Virus record (IMG/VR): IMGVR_UViG_2531839366_000001
Coordinates: 15,127-79,126 of that record
Reading direction: 5' to 3' (one strand)
Length of the DNA stretch: 64,000 nt
Origin: a virus
Taxonomy: Duplodnaviria > Caudoviricetes
Notes under the pieces: generated by a model
The model's database searches: none
Told to the model about the DNA's origin: nothing
The model's input: only the letters and a program-made list of their open reading frames with translations
Program-made: the position numbers and the translations under genes
Shown: positions 18,292 through 27,900 of the stretch, one piece after another
How the letters are laid out: the number at the start of each line of letters is the position of its first letter
Position numbering within the stretch: the stretch's first letter is position 1

Positions 18292-18308
18292 AATGCTGGC
18301 GGTACCCC
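18292..18308 (-). repeat. 17-bp outer fragment of the Tn4430-like IR
   Basis: GGGGTACCGCCAGCATT on the minus strand, identical to 4868-4884. Confidence 0.75.
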
Positions 18309-18381
18309 TTCTTGTTCTTACCAGAACCTCCGCCACTAGCTTATTTACATACCTATCGTTAGCGGAAGGCATTTTAAAATT

Positions 18382-18693
18382 CTATATGTCGATTTTTTCT
18401 TTGACCTTGCGGATAAACCACCATATCAAAGCTACAAGTAGTAGGAGGAGCGGTATTCCCTGAATAAAGAGAAATCCTCCCCAAAAATCAAGTACAGTAC
18501 TATATGGAGAGTCTGTTGCCATCACACCTATAAATAAAGCCACTGGAATTGTGCATAGATTTGCCCCTAAACTGACCATTATGAATGTTAGATTTTTACC
18601 CTTATTTTTTGGTGAATCAGAATTGAAGAATGAGAATACTGCAATGCCGCATATAAAATACAGTATTACATAAAGCTGATTAAGATATCCCAT
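18382..18693 (-). CDS. Small membrane protein (paralog 2)
   Basis: FIGVMATDSPYSTVLDFWGGFLFIQGIPLLLL. Confidence 0.75.
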   Translation of the reverse strand: MGYLNQLYVILYFICGIAVFSFFNSDSPKNKGKNLTFIMVSLGANLCTIPVALFIGVMATDSPYSTVLDFWGGFLFIQGIPLLLLLVALIWWFIRKVKEKIDI

Positions 18694-18839
18694 AATATTC
18701 CTCCATTAGCAAGTTCGATTTTGTATAAATTCGAATGGATAGGATATATATATAAATTTAACGTTATATAATATTATTGATAGCAAGAAAAAAACGGATC
18801 CCTCCTCTAAAAAGGAATCCACTCTTTCATTATGTACTT

Positions 18840-19166
18840 CTATACTTGATTTGTTTTCTTTGTTAGTGCAAACTTCAAAAAAGCTGCAAGTAGTAGGAGG
18901 AGCGGTATTCCCTGAATAAAGAGAAATCCTCCAAGAAAATCAAGCGTAGTACTATCTGGAGGGGCTGTTGCCATCCCACCTATAAAAAAAGCCATTGGAC
19001 TTGCGAGTAGATTTATCCCTAAACAGACCATTATCAATGATAGGTTTTTAGCCTTAATTTTTGATGAACCAGACAAGAAAAATAAGAATATTGCAGTGCC
19101 GAATATAAGAAACAGTATTACATAAAAATTTACCATAATATCCCTCCAAGACTTTAATTGTACCAT
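18840..19166 (-). CDS. Small membrane protein (paralog 3)
   Basis: FIGGMATAPPDSTTLDFLGGFLFIQGIPLLLL; the real start is probably MVNF. Confidence 0.75.
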   Translation of the reverse strand: MVQLKSWRDIMVNFYVILFLIFGTAIFLFFLSGSSKIKAKNLSLIMVCLGINLLASPMAFFIGGMATAPPDSTTLDFLGGFLFIQGIPLLLLLAAFLKFALTKKTNQV

Positions 19167-19319
19167 CAGCTAGGACAAATTTGAACAAATAGGATATTTA
19201 TATAAGTCAGATATAGTGTCTCTTTATCAGTTGTAATAAAAAAGCGGATCCCAACTCTCATAAGGAATCCACTCTTTCTTTTTCTACAACTCTATTTTTA
19301 TACGTTCCTCTTCTTGTCC

Positions 19320-19390
19320 TTACCAGAACCTCCACCACGGCTTTTTCTTCTCTTTCGCAGCCGCAACCTCATCCTGAAATCCCTGCATCA
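19320..19390 (-). pseudogene. Duplicated 3' end of the DUF3967-like gene
   Basis: Encodes MQGFQDEVAAAKEKKKPWWRFW, near-identical to 20197-20270; a shorter scar lies at 18309-18340. Confidence 0.7.
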
Positions 19391-19587
19391 TTCTCTTTGT
19401 TGAAAATTATGAACTTATTGATGAAATGTTAGATTACTATATCGCTAATAAGTTGAATTCAAATGAACAAGATAACCTAAACGACATAATATCTATACGA
19501 AAATAAGCCCTACATATGTAGGGACTTTTTCAAATTACTATATTCACCACTAGCTCATTTACACGATTATCGATATAGGAAATAGTA

Positions 19588-20088
19588 TTAAGCATCCGGC
19601 AGTACAAATTCCATTTGCTGACTCTGTGTTTTAAATCCGAGTTTTTCGTAGAATCGTATAGCCTTCTTGTTAAATTCTAAAACATTCAATTCTACGCTTG
19701 TTGCTTGTATTTCTTTAGCATACTCAAATGATTTTTGAACTAATATTTTCCCAATTCCTGTTCCTTGACATATTTCGCTTACACCAATATTGCGGATAAA
19801 GAGTACTTTTCGCTCAACTAACTTTGGATTTTCGGATGGTTCTTTAATATCTAAGATTATGTAAGCAAGAATCTCTTTATTATTATCCTCTACTACAAAT
19901 ATCTCTATGGTTGTATCAATAAGCCATGCTTCGTATGCATTGTGATCCAAAGAAGCTGAAGTATCAGAATAAATATCTGGTCTTCCCTCTATATGTAACT
20001 GTTGAACTTGCTTGTTTATATTTGATATATCCCAAAAATCTTCTGAAGTAGCTATTCTTACAGTGAAAGGCAAAACTTCATTAGACAT
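19588..20088 (-). CDS. GNAT-family N-acetyltransferase
   Basis: IGVSEICQGTGIGKIL acetyl-CoA motif, VLEFNKKAIRFYEKLGF. Confidence 0.9.
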   Translation of the reverse strand: MSNEVLPFTVRIATSEDFWDISNINKQVQQLHIEGRPDIYSDTSASLDHNAYEAWLIDTTIEIFVVEDNNKEILAYIILDIKEPSENPKLVERKVLFIRNIGVSEICQGTGIGKILVQKSFEYAKEIQATSVELNVLEFNKKAIRFYEKLGFKTQSQQMEFVLPDA

Positions 20089-20196
20089 AAGTACATTCCT
20101 CCTAATGTTTTATTTAAAGTGGGTTTAACAAAGCACATCATTATCGGTAACAAGGACAAAGAGGAACCCTACTATCACAAGGGAACCTCCTTGCTC

Positions 20197-20787
20197 TCAC
20201 CAAAACCTCCACCACGGCTTTTTCTTCTCTTTTGTAGCAGCAACCTCATCCCGAAATTCCTGCATCAACCTCTTCGCTTCCTGCATCTCACGTAGTGTCT
20301 TCATAAGCGTCTCATCTCGCGCTTCCAATCTTTTTTCCACTCGTTCATTATGTGCTTCTACGCTCGCTTTAATTTCTTCATTACTTTGCTTCGCCTGCTC
20401 ACTTAATCGCTTCTCCATTGCTAACATGCTCTGATTCACTTCTTGTGTCATAACGCTGTACTGTTCCTGTAGTTGCTGTTTAATGTGGAATGGCACTAAG
20501 TCCGTTTCCTCAGCCTCTTCTTGAATCAGATCCGGATTAACTTTTTCTATTTGCTGCGCAATCATCTTCGCTGCCTTCTCTAGCGTCATACCGTCATGCT
20601 TGCTGAGTTCAATTAACTTCTCTATCACCATGACGTCATGCTCGGTGTACTCTCTCTTACCTTGTTTATTCTTCTTAATCATGTAGGATTCTCGTTGGAG
20701 GACTTCAACATACTTTCTTAGTGTGCTATCGCTCACTTTTAAGCGACTATAGACGTCTTTAGCGGTATAAATAATCTCATCCGTCAT
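20197..20787 (-). CDS. DUF3967-like protein (MerR-like HTH, coiled coil, KKKPWWRFW tail)
   Basis: YTAKDVYSRLKVSDSTLRKY HTH; C-terminal basic/aromatic motif. Confidence 0.8.
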   Translation of the reverse strand: MTDEIIYTAKDVYSRLKVSDSTLRKYVEVLQRESYMIKKNKQGKREYTEHDVMVIEKLIELSKHDGMTLEKAAKMIAQQIEKVNPDLIQEEAEETDLVPFHIKQQLQEQYSVMTQEVNQSMLAMEKRLSEQAKQSNEEIKASVEAHNERVEKRLEARDETLMKTLREMQEAKRLMQEFRDEVAATKEKKKPWWRFW

Positions 20788-20980
20788 AGCGTCACAACAC
20801 CTCCTAGTGACAGTATTCCATGATTGGTGTAAAATTCCTGCAAAGAAAAAAGCCCCCGGTTAGGGCTTAGTATTCTATATTACGATTCTTAGGCATAACA
20901 TATATATTGTCTGTTACCCTTGTAACTCTTCCTAGATTCAACGGCCAAACTGAGTGTGCTGTTTAGTTAAGGAAGAGTTA

Positions 20981-21589
20981 CTATATTTTCGTTGCAAGAC
21001 TATCCATGAAATTGTTAATTGAAGAAGCTTGGAAGATACGTAAATTAGAAGAATTAATATCGTACTGCTTATCAGTAATAATGAGGATTGATGGGAAGAA
21101 TTTAGATCCTTTCGGCTGCCACGATTCGTTATGCCATTCCTGACTGTGGAAATATAACTCATACCTGTTTATTTTATCTTGCATAATCTTTTTACTGTAA
21201 ACAGACTTCTGAACCTCAATGAAGAATGGAGATCTATTCCAAATGGCAAATGCATCTGGTTCCATATAGTCTCTACCGTATTTCGGTTCGACTTTATATA
21301 GTTTCGGCTTTTCATAATGGATAAGCTGTTTATATACGTCTACAATACCGAGGAAGTGGGGAATCTTCTGGCTAGTTTTGCGAAGTGTGCTAGGTTGAGG
21401 GAAATATATAAATGGCTGTTGCGAGATATTGGCATCCACATGACCGTCTCTTCTTAATCGTTTCATCACGGTATTACAGCAAGTAACCGCGTTATTTAAT
21501 CCTTGAAAATGCAAGTCGATAATGTCATCACGGGACATACACCTAAAACGTTTCAGATTACTTAGAATCGCTTTATCTCTATTCCTCAT
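20981..21589 (-). CDS. Replication-relaxation family protein
   Basis: MRNRDKAIL wHTH N-terminus, KIPHFL, MEPDAF...FFIEVQ; coupled to FtsK. Confidence 0.8.
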   Translation of the reverse strand: MRNRDKAILSNLKRFRCMSRDDIIDLHFQGLNNAVTCCNTVMKRLRRDGHVDANISQQPFIYFPQPSTLRKTSQKIPHFLGIVDVYKQLIHYEKPKLYKVEPKYGRDYMEPDAFAIWNRSPFFIEVQKSVYSKKIMQDKINRYELYFHSQEWHNESWQPKGSKFFPSILIITDKQYDINSSNLRIFQASSINNFMDSLATKI

Positions 21590-22745
21590 CGTCTAACACC
21601 CCAAACAACGGAATCTCTTCTTGTGAATGATTCTGAAGCGTCATATCCTCTTTTGGTATGCGATAAGTTTCAACAATCTGTTTCGCCTTACTTAATTCTA
21701 AAAATGGAGCTTGCACTTTCTTTAATCCATTTAGTTTTAGAATCATTTGGCCCGATTGCTCCAAGTGTTCTGAACCAGGTGTACCCATGATATTACTGTT
21801 AATCGTACTATCACATTTAAATCCCATTCTAACTGTCATATTAAGCTTTAATTTGCCATCTAATACTTTTGCATCAGGACGTTGCATGGAAAGCATGAGG
21901 AACACTCCGAGTGCCCTACCGACTGCCGATATCTTTTCAACTGTAGACATACATTCTTTTTCATTTTGCAACATGGCTACTTCATCAATAGCGAGTAAGA
22001 TATATGGTTTCTGATTATCAGGATTCAATTTATTGTATTCGTCAATATGGTCCACTTCATGCTCTTCCATGAGTTTTCTGCGCTCTCTGATTTCCTTCCA
22101 CACTTTCTGAAGCATTATCTTCATTTCGATTTCTTCCATACAAACCTCTTTTACGTGTTTTACCCTTCGTAAAAAATGAAATTCGGAATTCTTCAAGTCG
22201 CCCAGGTACAAGTGTAATTTTTCAGGAGACATGTATTGAATGAGTGTGGACAGAACAACGCGTACCATACTACTTTTTCCACTTCCTGTTTCTCCTGCAA
22301 TTAATAAATGTGGTGTATTTGAATCAACCATGTCATACGTAATCATGTTTCCGAATTGGTCCCGACCCACCACAACAGGAAGACGATACTTTTTCAATAG
22401 TGGCTGCCATTTCTTATAACTGTAATTGTATGGTTGTAGTCCTGCATCCGAATGAAATACATTAAGTACAAACTTTTTAATATCACCTTCAATTGCTACG
22501 TTACGTCCTAATATTTGTTGAAAGCAAAACCATTTCTTTTCAATGGTCTTCGGATCTAAACCATTTGGAATGGTAAATATATATTTAACACTTTCTTGTG
22601 TGGAGGAAACATCATGTATCTTAGGATAAATCGGTACTTTTCCCCCTCTTGTTTGATGATCCACATATAAACCTGCTTTTCCAAATACCTCTATAAGCTG
22701 ATTCTTCAAATTTTGTTTATGAAGCCATTCTTTGATGAGTCCCAT
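21579..22745 (-). CDS. FtsK/SpoIIIE-family ATPase
   Basis: PHLLIAGETGSGKS, LAIDEVA, GRALGVFLMLSMQRPDA. Confidence 0.92.
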   Translation of the reverse strand: MGLIKEWLHKQNLKNQLIEVFGKAGLYVDHQTRGGKVPIYPKIHDVSSTQESVKYIFTIPNGLDPKTIEKKWFCFQQILGRNVAIEGDIKKFVLNVFHSDAGLQPYNYSYKKWQPLLKKYRLPVVVGRDQFGNMITYDMVDSNTPHLLIAGETGSGKSSMVRVVLSTLIQYMSPEKLHLYLGDLKNSEFHFLRRVKHVKEVCMEEIEMKIMLQKVWKEIRERRKLMEEHEVDHIDEYNKLNPDNQKPYILLAIDEVAMLQNEKECMSTVEKISAVGRALGVFLMLSMQRPDAKVLDGKLKLNMTVRMGFKCDSTINSNIMGTPGSEHLEQSGQMILKLNGLKKVQAPFLELSKAKQIVETYRIPKEDMTLQNHSQEEIPLFGVLDDEE

Positions 22746-22755
22746 GTGGCACCTC

Positions 22756-22950
22756 CTAGAACATGATTAAGATTTTGATAAATACATATCCGATGAAACA
22801 AACTCCACCTACTCTCATTCCGTAGTACATTCCATCACTTAAAAGTTTAGCTGCCGCAACGTGATCGTTTTTAACAAGGTGCTTTTCTAATACCGCTCCA
22901 CAAATTGTCGTTACTCCTAAAGCTCCTAATGAAATAAATGTAGTTAACAT
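22756..22950 (-). CDS. Small two-TM protein, first gene of the FtsK operon
   Basis: 64 aa, hydrophobic at both ends, RBS AAAGGAG. Confidence 0.7.
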   Translation of the reverse strand: MLTTFISLGALGVTTICGAVLEKHLVKNDHVAAAKLLSDGMYYGMRVGGVCFIGYVFIKILIMF

Positions 22951-23027
22951 ATAAAACGCTCCTTTATAAAACAGAATTTGAAATGCCGATGATACATAGG
23001 TTTATCGCCTCAAAACCATGGTAGTGT

Positions 23028-23099
23028 TACTTTGATAACTAACTTGGTAGCTACTTTGATAATAAGTTTGATAGTTACTTTGGTAACGACCTTGATAAA
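23028..23099. repeat. Six tandem 12-bp degenerate repeats (consensus TACTTTGATAAC)
   Basis: TACTTTGATAAC TAACTTGGTAGC TACTTTGATAAT AAGTTTGATAGT TACTTTGGTAAC GACCTTGATAAA. Confidence 0.85.
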
Positions 23100-23194
23100 G
23101 CATATGGTGTACAGCTTGGACAATATTCACCATTTTTAGGGGTTTATTTTTAGTGAAACTAGGACATTACTGAAAACAATAGATAACCAAAGGA

Positions 23195-23428
23195 GTGAAT
23201 ATTGTGTGGGGTCTCGGAAAAAAACGCACAAAATTAGGTAAGTTTTTAGATAGACACGGAATTGAGCAAGAATGGTTGATAAGAAAATCAGGTCTCGGAA
23301 GAAATACGGTAGGAGATTTGGCAAACAATCCAGATAGATCACCCACAAGGAAAACAATGCAAAAGATATTAAAGGTCCTTCGGGAGTTTGATCCAAGAAT
23401 TAAAGCAGATGATTTTTGGGATATGTGA
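23195..23428 (+). CDS. XRE-family HTH regulator
   Basis: FLDRHGIEQEWLIRKSGLGRNTVGDLAN HTH; divergent from the FtsK operon. Confidence 0.85.
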   Translation: MNIVWGLGKKRTKLGKFLDRHGIEQEWLIRKSGLGRNTVGDLANNPDRSPTRKTMQKILKVLREFDPRIKADDFWDM

Positions 23429-23484
23429 TTTACAAGTTCCTTCTTAAATTGGTATTATTTACTTAATTTAAGGGGGACGATTAT

Positions 23485-23577
23485 ATGAAGGTTGTTCGTT
23501 CGATATTTAAGGGATTCCGTTTAATGAGTAGAATCATAAGTCCAATATTAAAGGCATTATCTAAAAGTAAGTTTTAA
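23485..23577 (+). CDS. 30-aa cationic amphipathic peptide
   Basis: My translation MKVVRSIFKGFRLMSRIISPILKALSKSKF; RBS AAGGGGGA. Confidence 0.5.
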   Translation: MKVVRSIFKGFRLMSRIISPILKALSKSKF

Positions 23578-23637
23578 TTACATAGAAATAAAAAAGGGCC
23601 AATTCATAAAATATAGGCTTTTTTTAAAACTTCCATA

Positions 23638-23651
23638 AGAACATATGTTCG
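23638..23651. promoter_or_regulatory. LexA (SOS/Cheo) box upstream of yolD
   Basis: AGAACATATGTTCG fits GAAC-N4-GTTC. Confidence 0.8.
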
Positions 23652-23690
23652 TTTATAATAAGTATAAATTACACGAATCGGGGGATCATC

Positions 23691-23786
23691 ATGGAAAATC
23701 AAAGTTGGGGTACACCGAAAATAAAGGGGCGTGGCATGGTCAAATGGATGCCATTTGCTTCAATGCCAGAGCAGTATGAAGGAATC
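23691..23786 (+). pseudogene. yolD: YolD-like protein, 5' part (32 codons), interrupted by a transposon
   Basis: MENQSWGTPKIKGRGMVKWMPFASMPEQYEGI; joins in frame to 31198-31455. Confidence 0.85.
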
Positions 23787-24119
23787 TGTGATAAGAACCA
23801 TAAGTTTGCCGGAACGGCAAGTTTATGGTTCTTTTTGTTTATGGCAAACTTATGCTTCCGGTAATATTGATGTTTTTGAATTAAAGCTAAGAAGGAATTC
23901 TTCAACCATGGCACCAGAAATCACCTTTTATGAGCTCACAAAAGATTTTTAAGTACTTTTAATTGTGGATTTAAAACAAAGTTAAATCGTTTATATGTGA
24001 ATTTTTGATAATATAGGATTTTTTTATTAAGCAAACGGGCCATTTTTCGGAACAATAATCCATAATATATTAGTAATACCATGTGCAAACTCAATAGAGA
24101 GACACAATAAAATTTTGAG

Positions 24120-24451
24120 ATGGAGGTATTCAGAACAAAAAAATACTGTTAGGAATGCAAAAACAAACTGGGGTTATGTAGCTTCGTTTTGTGCAATTTT
24201 ATATGCAGCACCACATTTGTGGTGGGGATTAGGCATTGATTTTGTATTTACAGGTAAATGTAACTAGTAGCTGTTTTGACAGCATTGTTTGTCCTTTAAT
24301 TTGTAAGACCTTTGGGAGAAAAATTCCAAGTCTTTTGTTAATAATACCAGGGTGGATTTCAGCAGCAGGATTAATGTTTTGGGGTCTGGGCGTATTCAAC
24401 AACGGGTGCATTTATTTAATAGGAATAGCCGCTTATTTTTTTTTGTGCTAA
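24120..24451 (+). pseudogene. Decayed membrane-protein gene (DUF3995-like)
   Basis: Fragments WGYVASFCAILYAAPHLWWGLG and KIPSLLLIIPGWISAAGLMFWGLG lie in different frames. Confidence 0.4.
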
Positions 24452-24836
24452 TGATTAAGATTTTCAATAAGAGAGAAACACAAAACATTTTTGAGTATTA
24501 GACTTAATTAAGTGAAATACATACAAATACCCATAGCGCTCTAAATTGGAGTGCTAAATATACTTATTGATTATATTACCCAAATGAGGTTTTACAATAA
24601 AAGCGTTAGCAACGACTTTAAGTTAAAGATTTTGTGTCTAAAGTTGTTGAGGCTATAAATAAAAGAGATAGTAACATAATGAATTAATTCACGATTTTTC
24701 TCTCCTTTCTTTATAACTTTCTTTTAAAAGGGGCTGCTTCATTAAGAAATCTGCCTCTTCCATATTACATTACATTTTCCTTTTGAAAAACTATAGAAAG
24801 AATAGATCTAAAAAATTTAATAGAGTATATAAACAT

Positions 24837-24880
24837 AAATTAAATTGTAATGGTTAAATTAAATTGTAATGGTTAAATTA
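24837..24880. repeat. 19-bp tandem duplication upstream of the large cargo gene
   Basis: AAATTAAATTGTAATGGTT x2 plus a partial copy. Confidence 0.8.
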
Positions 24881-24955
24881 ACAAGATAATTAGGTGTTAA
24901 TTTTACTTTTTTGAATTTATGGAACTTCGGATTTTCAATAGAAAGGGTGAGAAAA

Positions 24956-27900
24956 ATGGATGATCATCTATCCCAAAATGATGTTTTTAAATTTGTAGCA
25001 CTTAGACCTCCAGCTGCAATAGATTCTGACACGGAGGAAAAAAGATTCATTAAAGACAAAAGGAATCCAGAGGATTCTATTGTTCTAAAAGAGATTGACA
25101 AGTATTTAGCAGAGGGTGTAGGAGAAGACAAATACTTTTCAACAATTCGAAGCCTCATTACAGAACATGGATATTCTCCTGATTTCTCCTTAGAGAAGAA
25201 TCAAATGTTTTTAGACATAGATAAGCTGGTTAAACAAAGTCAAAAAGAAAGTAATGGACCACAACTGATAAAAGGAATGGAGTATATATTAGGTGTTGTT
25301 CCATCTGAATATATAAAAGCAAATGAGTACAATCAAATACTTAATCATGTATGGGATAGTCTATATGCTTTTCATATAATAAATCGGGTTGAGCCAGTCA
25401 ATCTTGAGAACCTTATTCAGGATCTGAGAATACTTCACATTATTGAATATTGTTCAAAGGAATCCTCGTTTAAAAATAATATGGAATTAAATGATATTTA
25501 TGAAGCTATTCCTGTATTGCCAAAACAAGTTTTTACCATTCCGAATAATCCTGGAAGTAAGTCAGAATATCTTATTACAGATATTCATAAATCCGAGGAA
25601 ATGCATTATATAAAGCAACTTCAGGACTTTATTAGATTGTATAAAGCACATGAAGAGATAAAAGCCATTCCAGATTATTCTAAGGATGCCTTTAAAATAC
25701 ACGACGCAAATGTGAGAGAAGATAATGATTGGATAGGAGGACATATTAAAAGATGGTTACTAAATGGAGATGTAGTTAAAAGTTTGAGTGATGATACCAA
25801 GTCGGTATTAAAGAACTCAAATTTGAATATTGAAAATGATGGGTTCCTGGAAATTCTCAAAAGCTTGGAAGAACAATTACGCATAAAATCGAACAATCTT
25901 GTAAATGCTCCCAACTATGATATTTTAAAAGAATTACCTGAAGAAGTTGAAAGTATACCTGGATTAAAAAGTTACTTACATTGGATAATTGGAAAATCAT
26001 CTAATCCTATCACGTCGAAGAACCTTTCTTCTTCTTTGGATCTAAACTTTCCGCATTCCGATATCATACGACCACTATCTCCTTTGGACCCAACTTTTTC
26101 GAATTCTGGTATTATACGACCGCTGGGAATCGGAGATCTGAAGGTAGTAAAGCAGACGTTGGTAAAGTACGCAAAAGGGGAAGTAGCCCATATAGAAAAT
26201 GTGCTACTAGGTGAACATAAGGATAGAAAACATCGCAGGCTAGATCGTACAGAAGAGATATTTATGACAGAAAAAGAAACAACTGAGGCTGAAGAAAAGG
26301 ATAACCAGAGTACGGAACGGTTTGAATTAAAACAAGAAACAGAAAAAAACATTCAGTCTGACGAGAGTAAGCAAGCTGGGATAACAGTTAGCGGAGGCTA
26401 TGGACCCGTTCAAATTACTGCTCAGGGAAACTATGCTACAAGTTCATCTGTTTCCGAGTCTAAAAGAGCTTCCATGAGCTTTGCTAAGGATGTTATTGAT
26501 CGATCCGTTTCTAAAGTACAAAAGAGGTCACTAGAAAGAAGAACTAGAAAAACACTGCAGGAAATAGAAGAAATAAATGAACATGGATTTGATAACAGAA
26601 AGGGCAAAGGACATATATCTGGTATTTATAGATGGGTTGACAAGCACTATAAGGCACAGGTTTATAACTATGGAAGTCGGTTAATGATGGAATTCATTGT
26701 ACCGGAGCCTGCCGCATTTTATCTTCATAGTAAAAAATATAAACCTTTAACTGGGATGCCAGAAAACCCAAAAAATTTAGATATTACTCATAAAGATCTA
26801 ACAAGTTGGAATTACCATCAATATATAAAGGCGTATAGGGTTCAAGGAGTAAGCCCTCCACCAGCAACCTCCACAGTGGTTTCAACCGCTTTAGATAAGC
26901 CATCCGCGGAGAAAAAACAGGAGAATTTTGCAAAATCATACAAGGAAATACAGGTTCCTCCAGGTTACCGTGCAAGATGGAACTATGTTTTGTTCAATTC
27001 CATCGGGGATGATGATTCTTGGGCGACTCTTAATGTAGGAATGTGTCTATATGATCTTGCAAGAAAAAACAATAATCTTGGTAAAGCTTTATGGCAGGGG
27101 ATGTGGCATCAGCCAACTGAATTCCAGAGGATATATCTAGATGGAATGATTCCGGTAAGCATTTTAACAAGATATATAGATGCGTTCGCTCTGAATATTG
27201 AAATTCTTTGTGATGTCACGGAAGAAAGATATGAAGAGTGGCAATTGAAAACATATGACGCTATATTAACAGCTTATCATACAATGAAGCAGGATTATGA
27301 AAGAGCATTAGCATCCCAGACACTAGGAACCGTTATCTCAGGAAACAATCCTGAAATGAACCGGGTTATTGAAAAAGAGGAGCTTAAAAAGTGGTGCTTA
27401 AATCTTTTTACTAGACAAAGTTTCAATGTTTTTAATGCAATGATCTATCCTTCTAACACTACTATTAAGGGATTATATCCAGAAATCAATTTGGATATGG
27501 CTACGAGTCAGGGGAAATACATCCAATTTTTTGAACAGGCTTTTGAATGGGAGAATATGACCTATCTTTTCTATCCTTATTTTTGGGGTAAGAAGGATGA
27601 TTGGGTAGATAAACTTAACATACAGGACGCTGATCCCCTTTTTACTAAGTTTTTACAGGCGGGTTCAGCCAGAGTAATTGTTCCAGTTCCACTGGCTTAT
27701 AGACACGCAGTCTTACATTATCTTGAGACAAGCAGACCTGATAGACCAGGGGATATTTGGAATGGAGGAGATGCTCCTGTATTAGACGATCCTCTGTATA
27801 TATCAATTGTAAATGAACTAAGATCTCAACAGGATCCATATAAAGATGCAATTCCAGAGGGAGATCCATGGGATGTTATTATCCCAACCACTTTAGTTTA

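Noticed and set aside
23028-23099. 12-bp array as CRISPR
   Set aside because: No spacers; the repeats are contiguous and too short
23699-23952. ORFs of 71-73 aa at the left transposon junction
   Set aside because: Chimeras of the yolD 5' end and the transposon end
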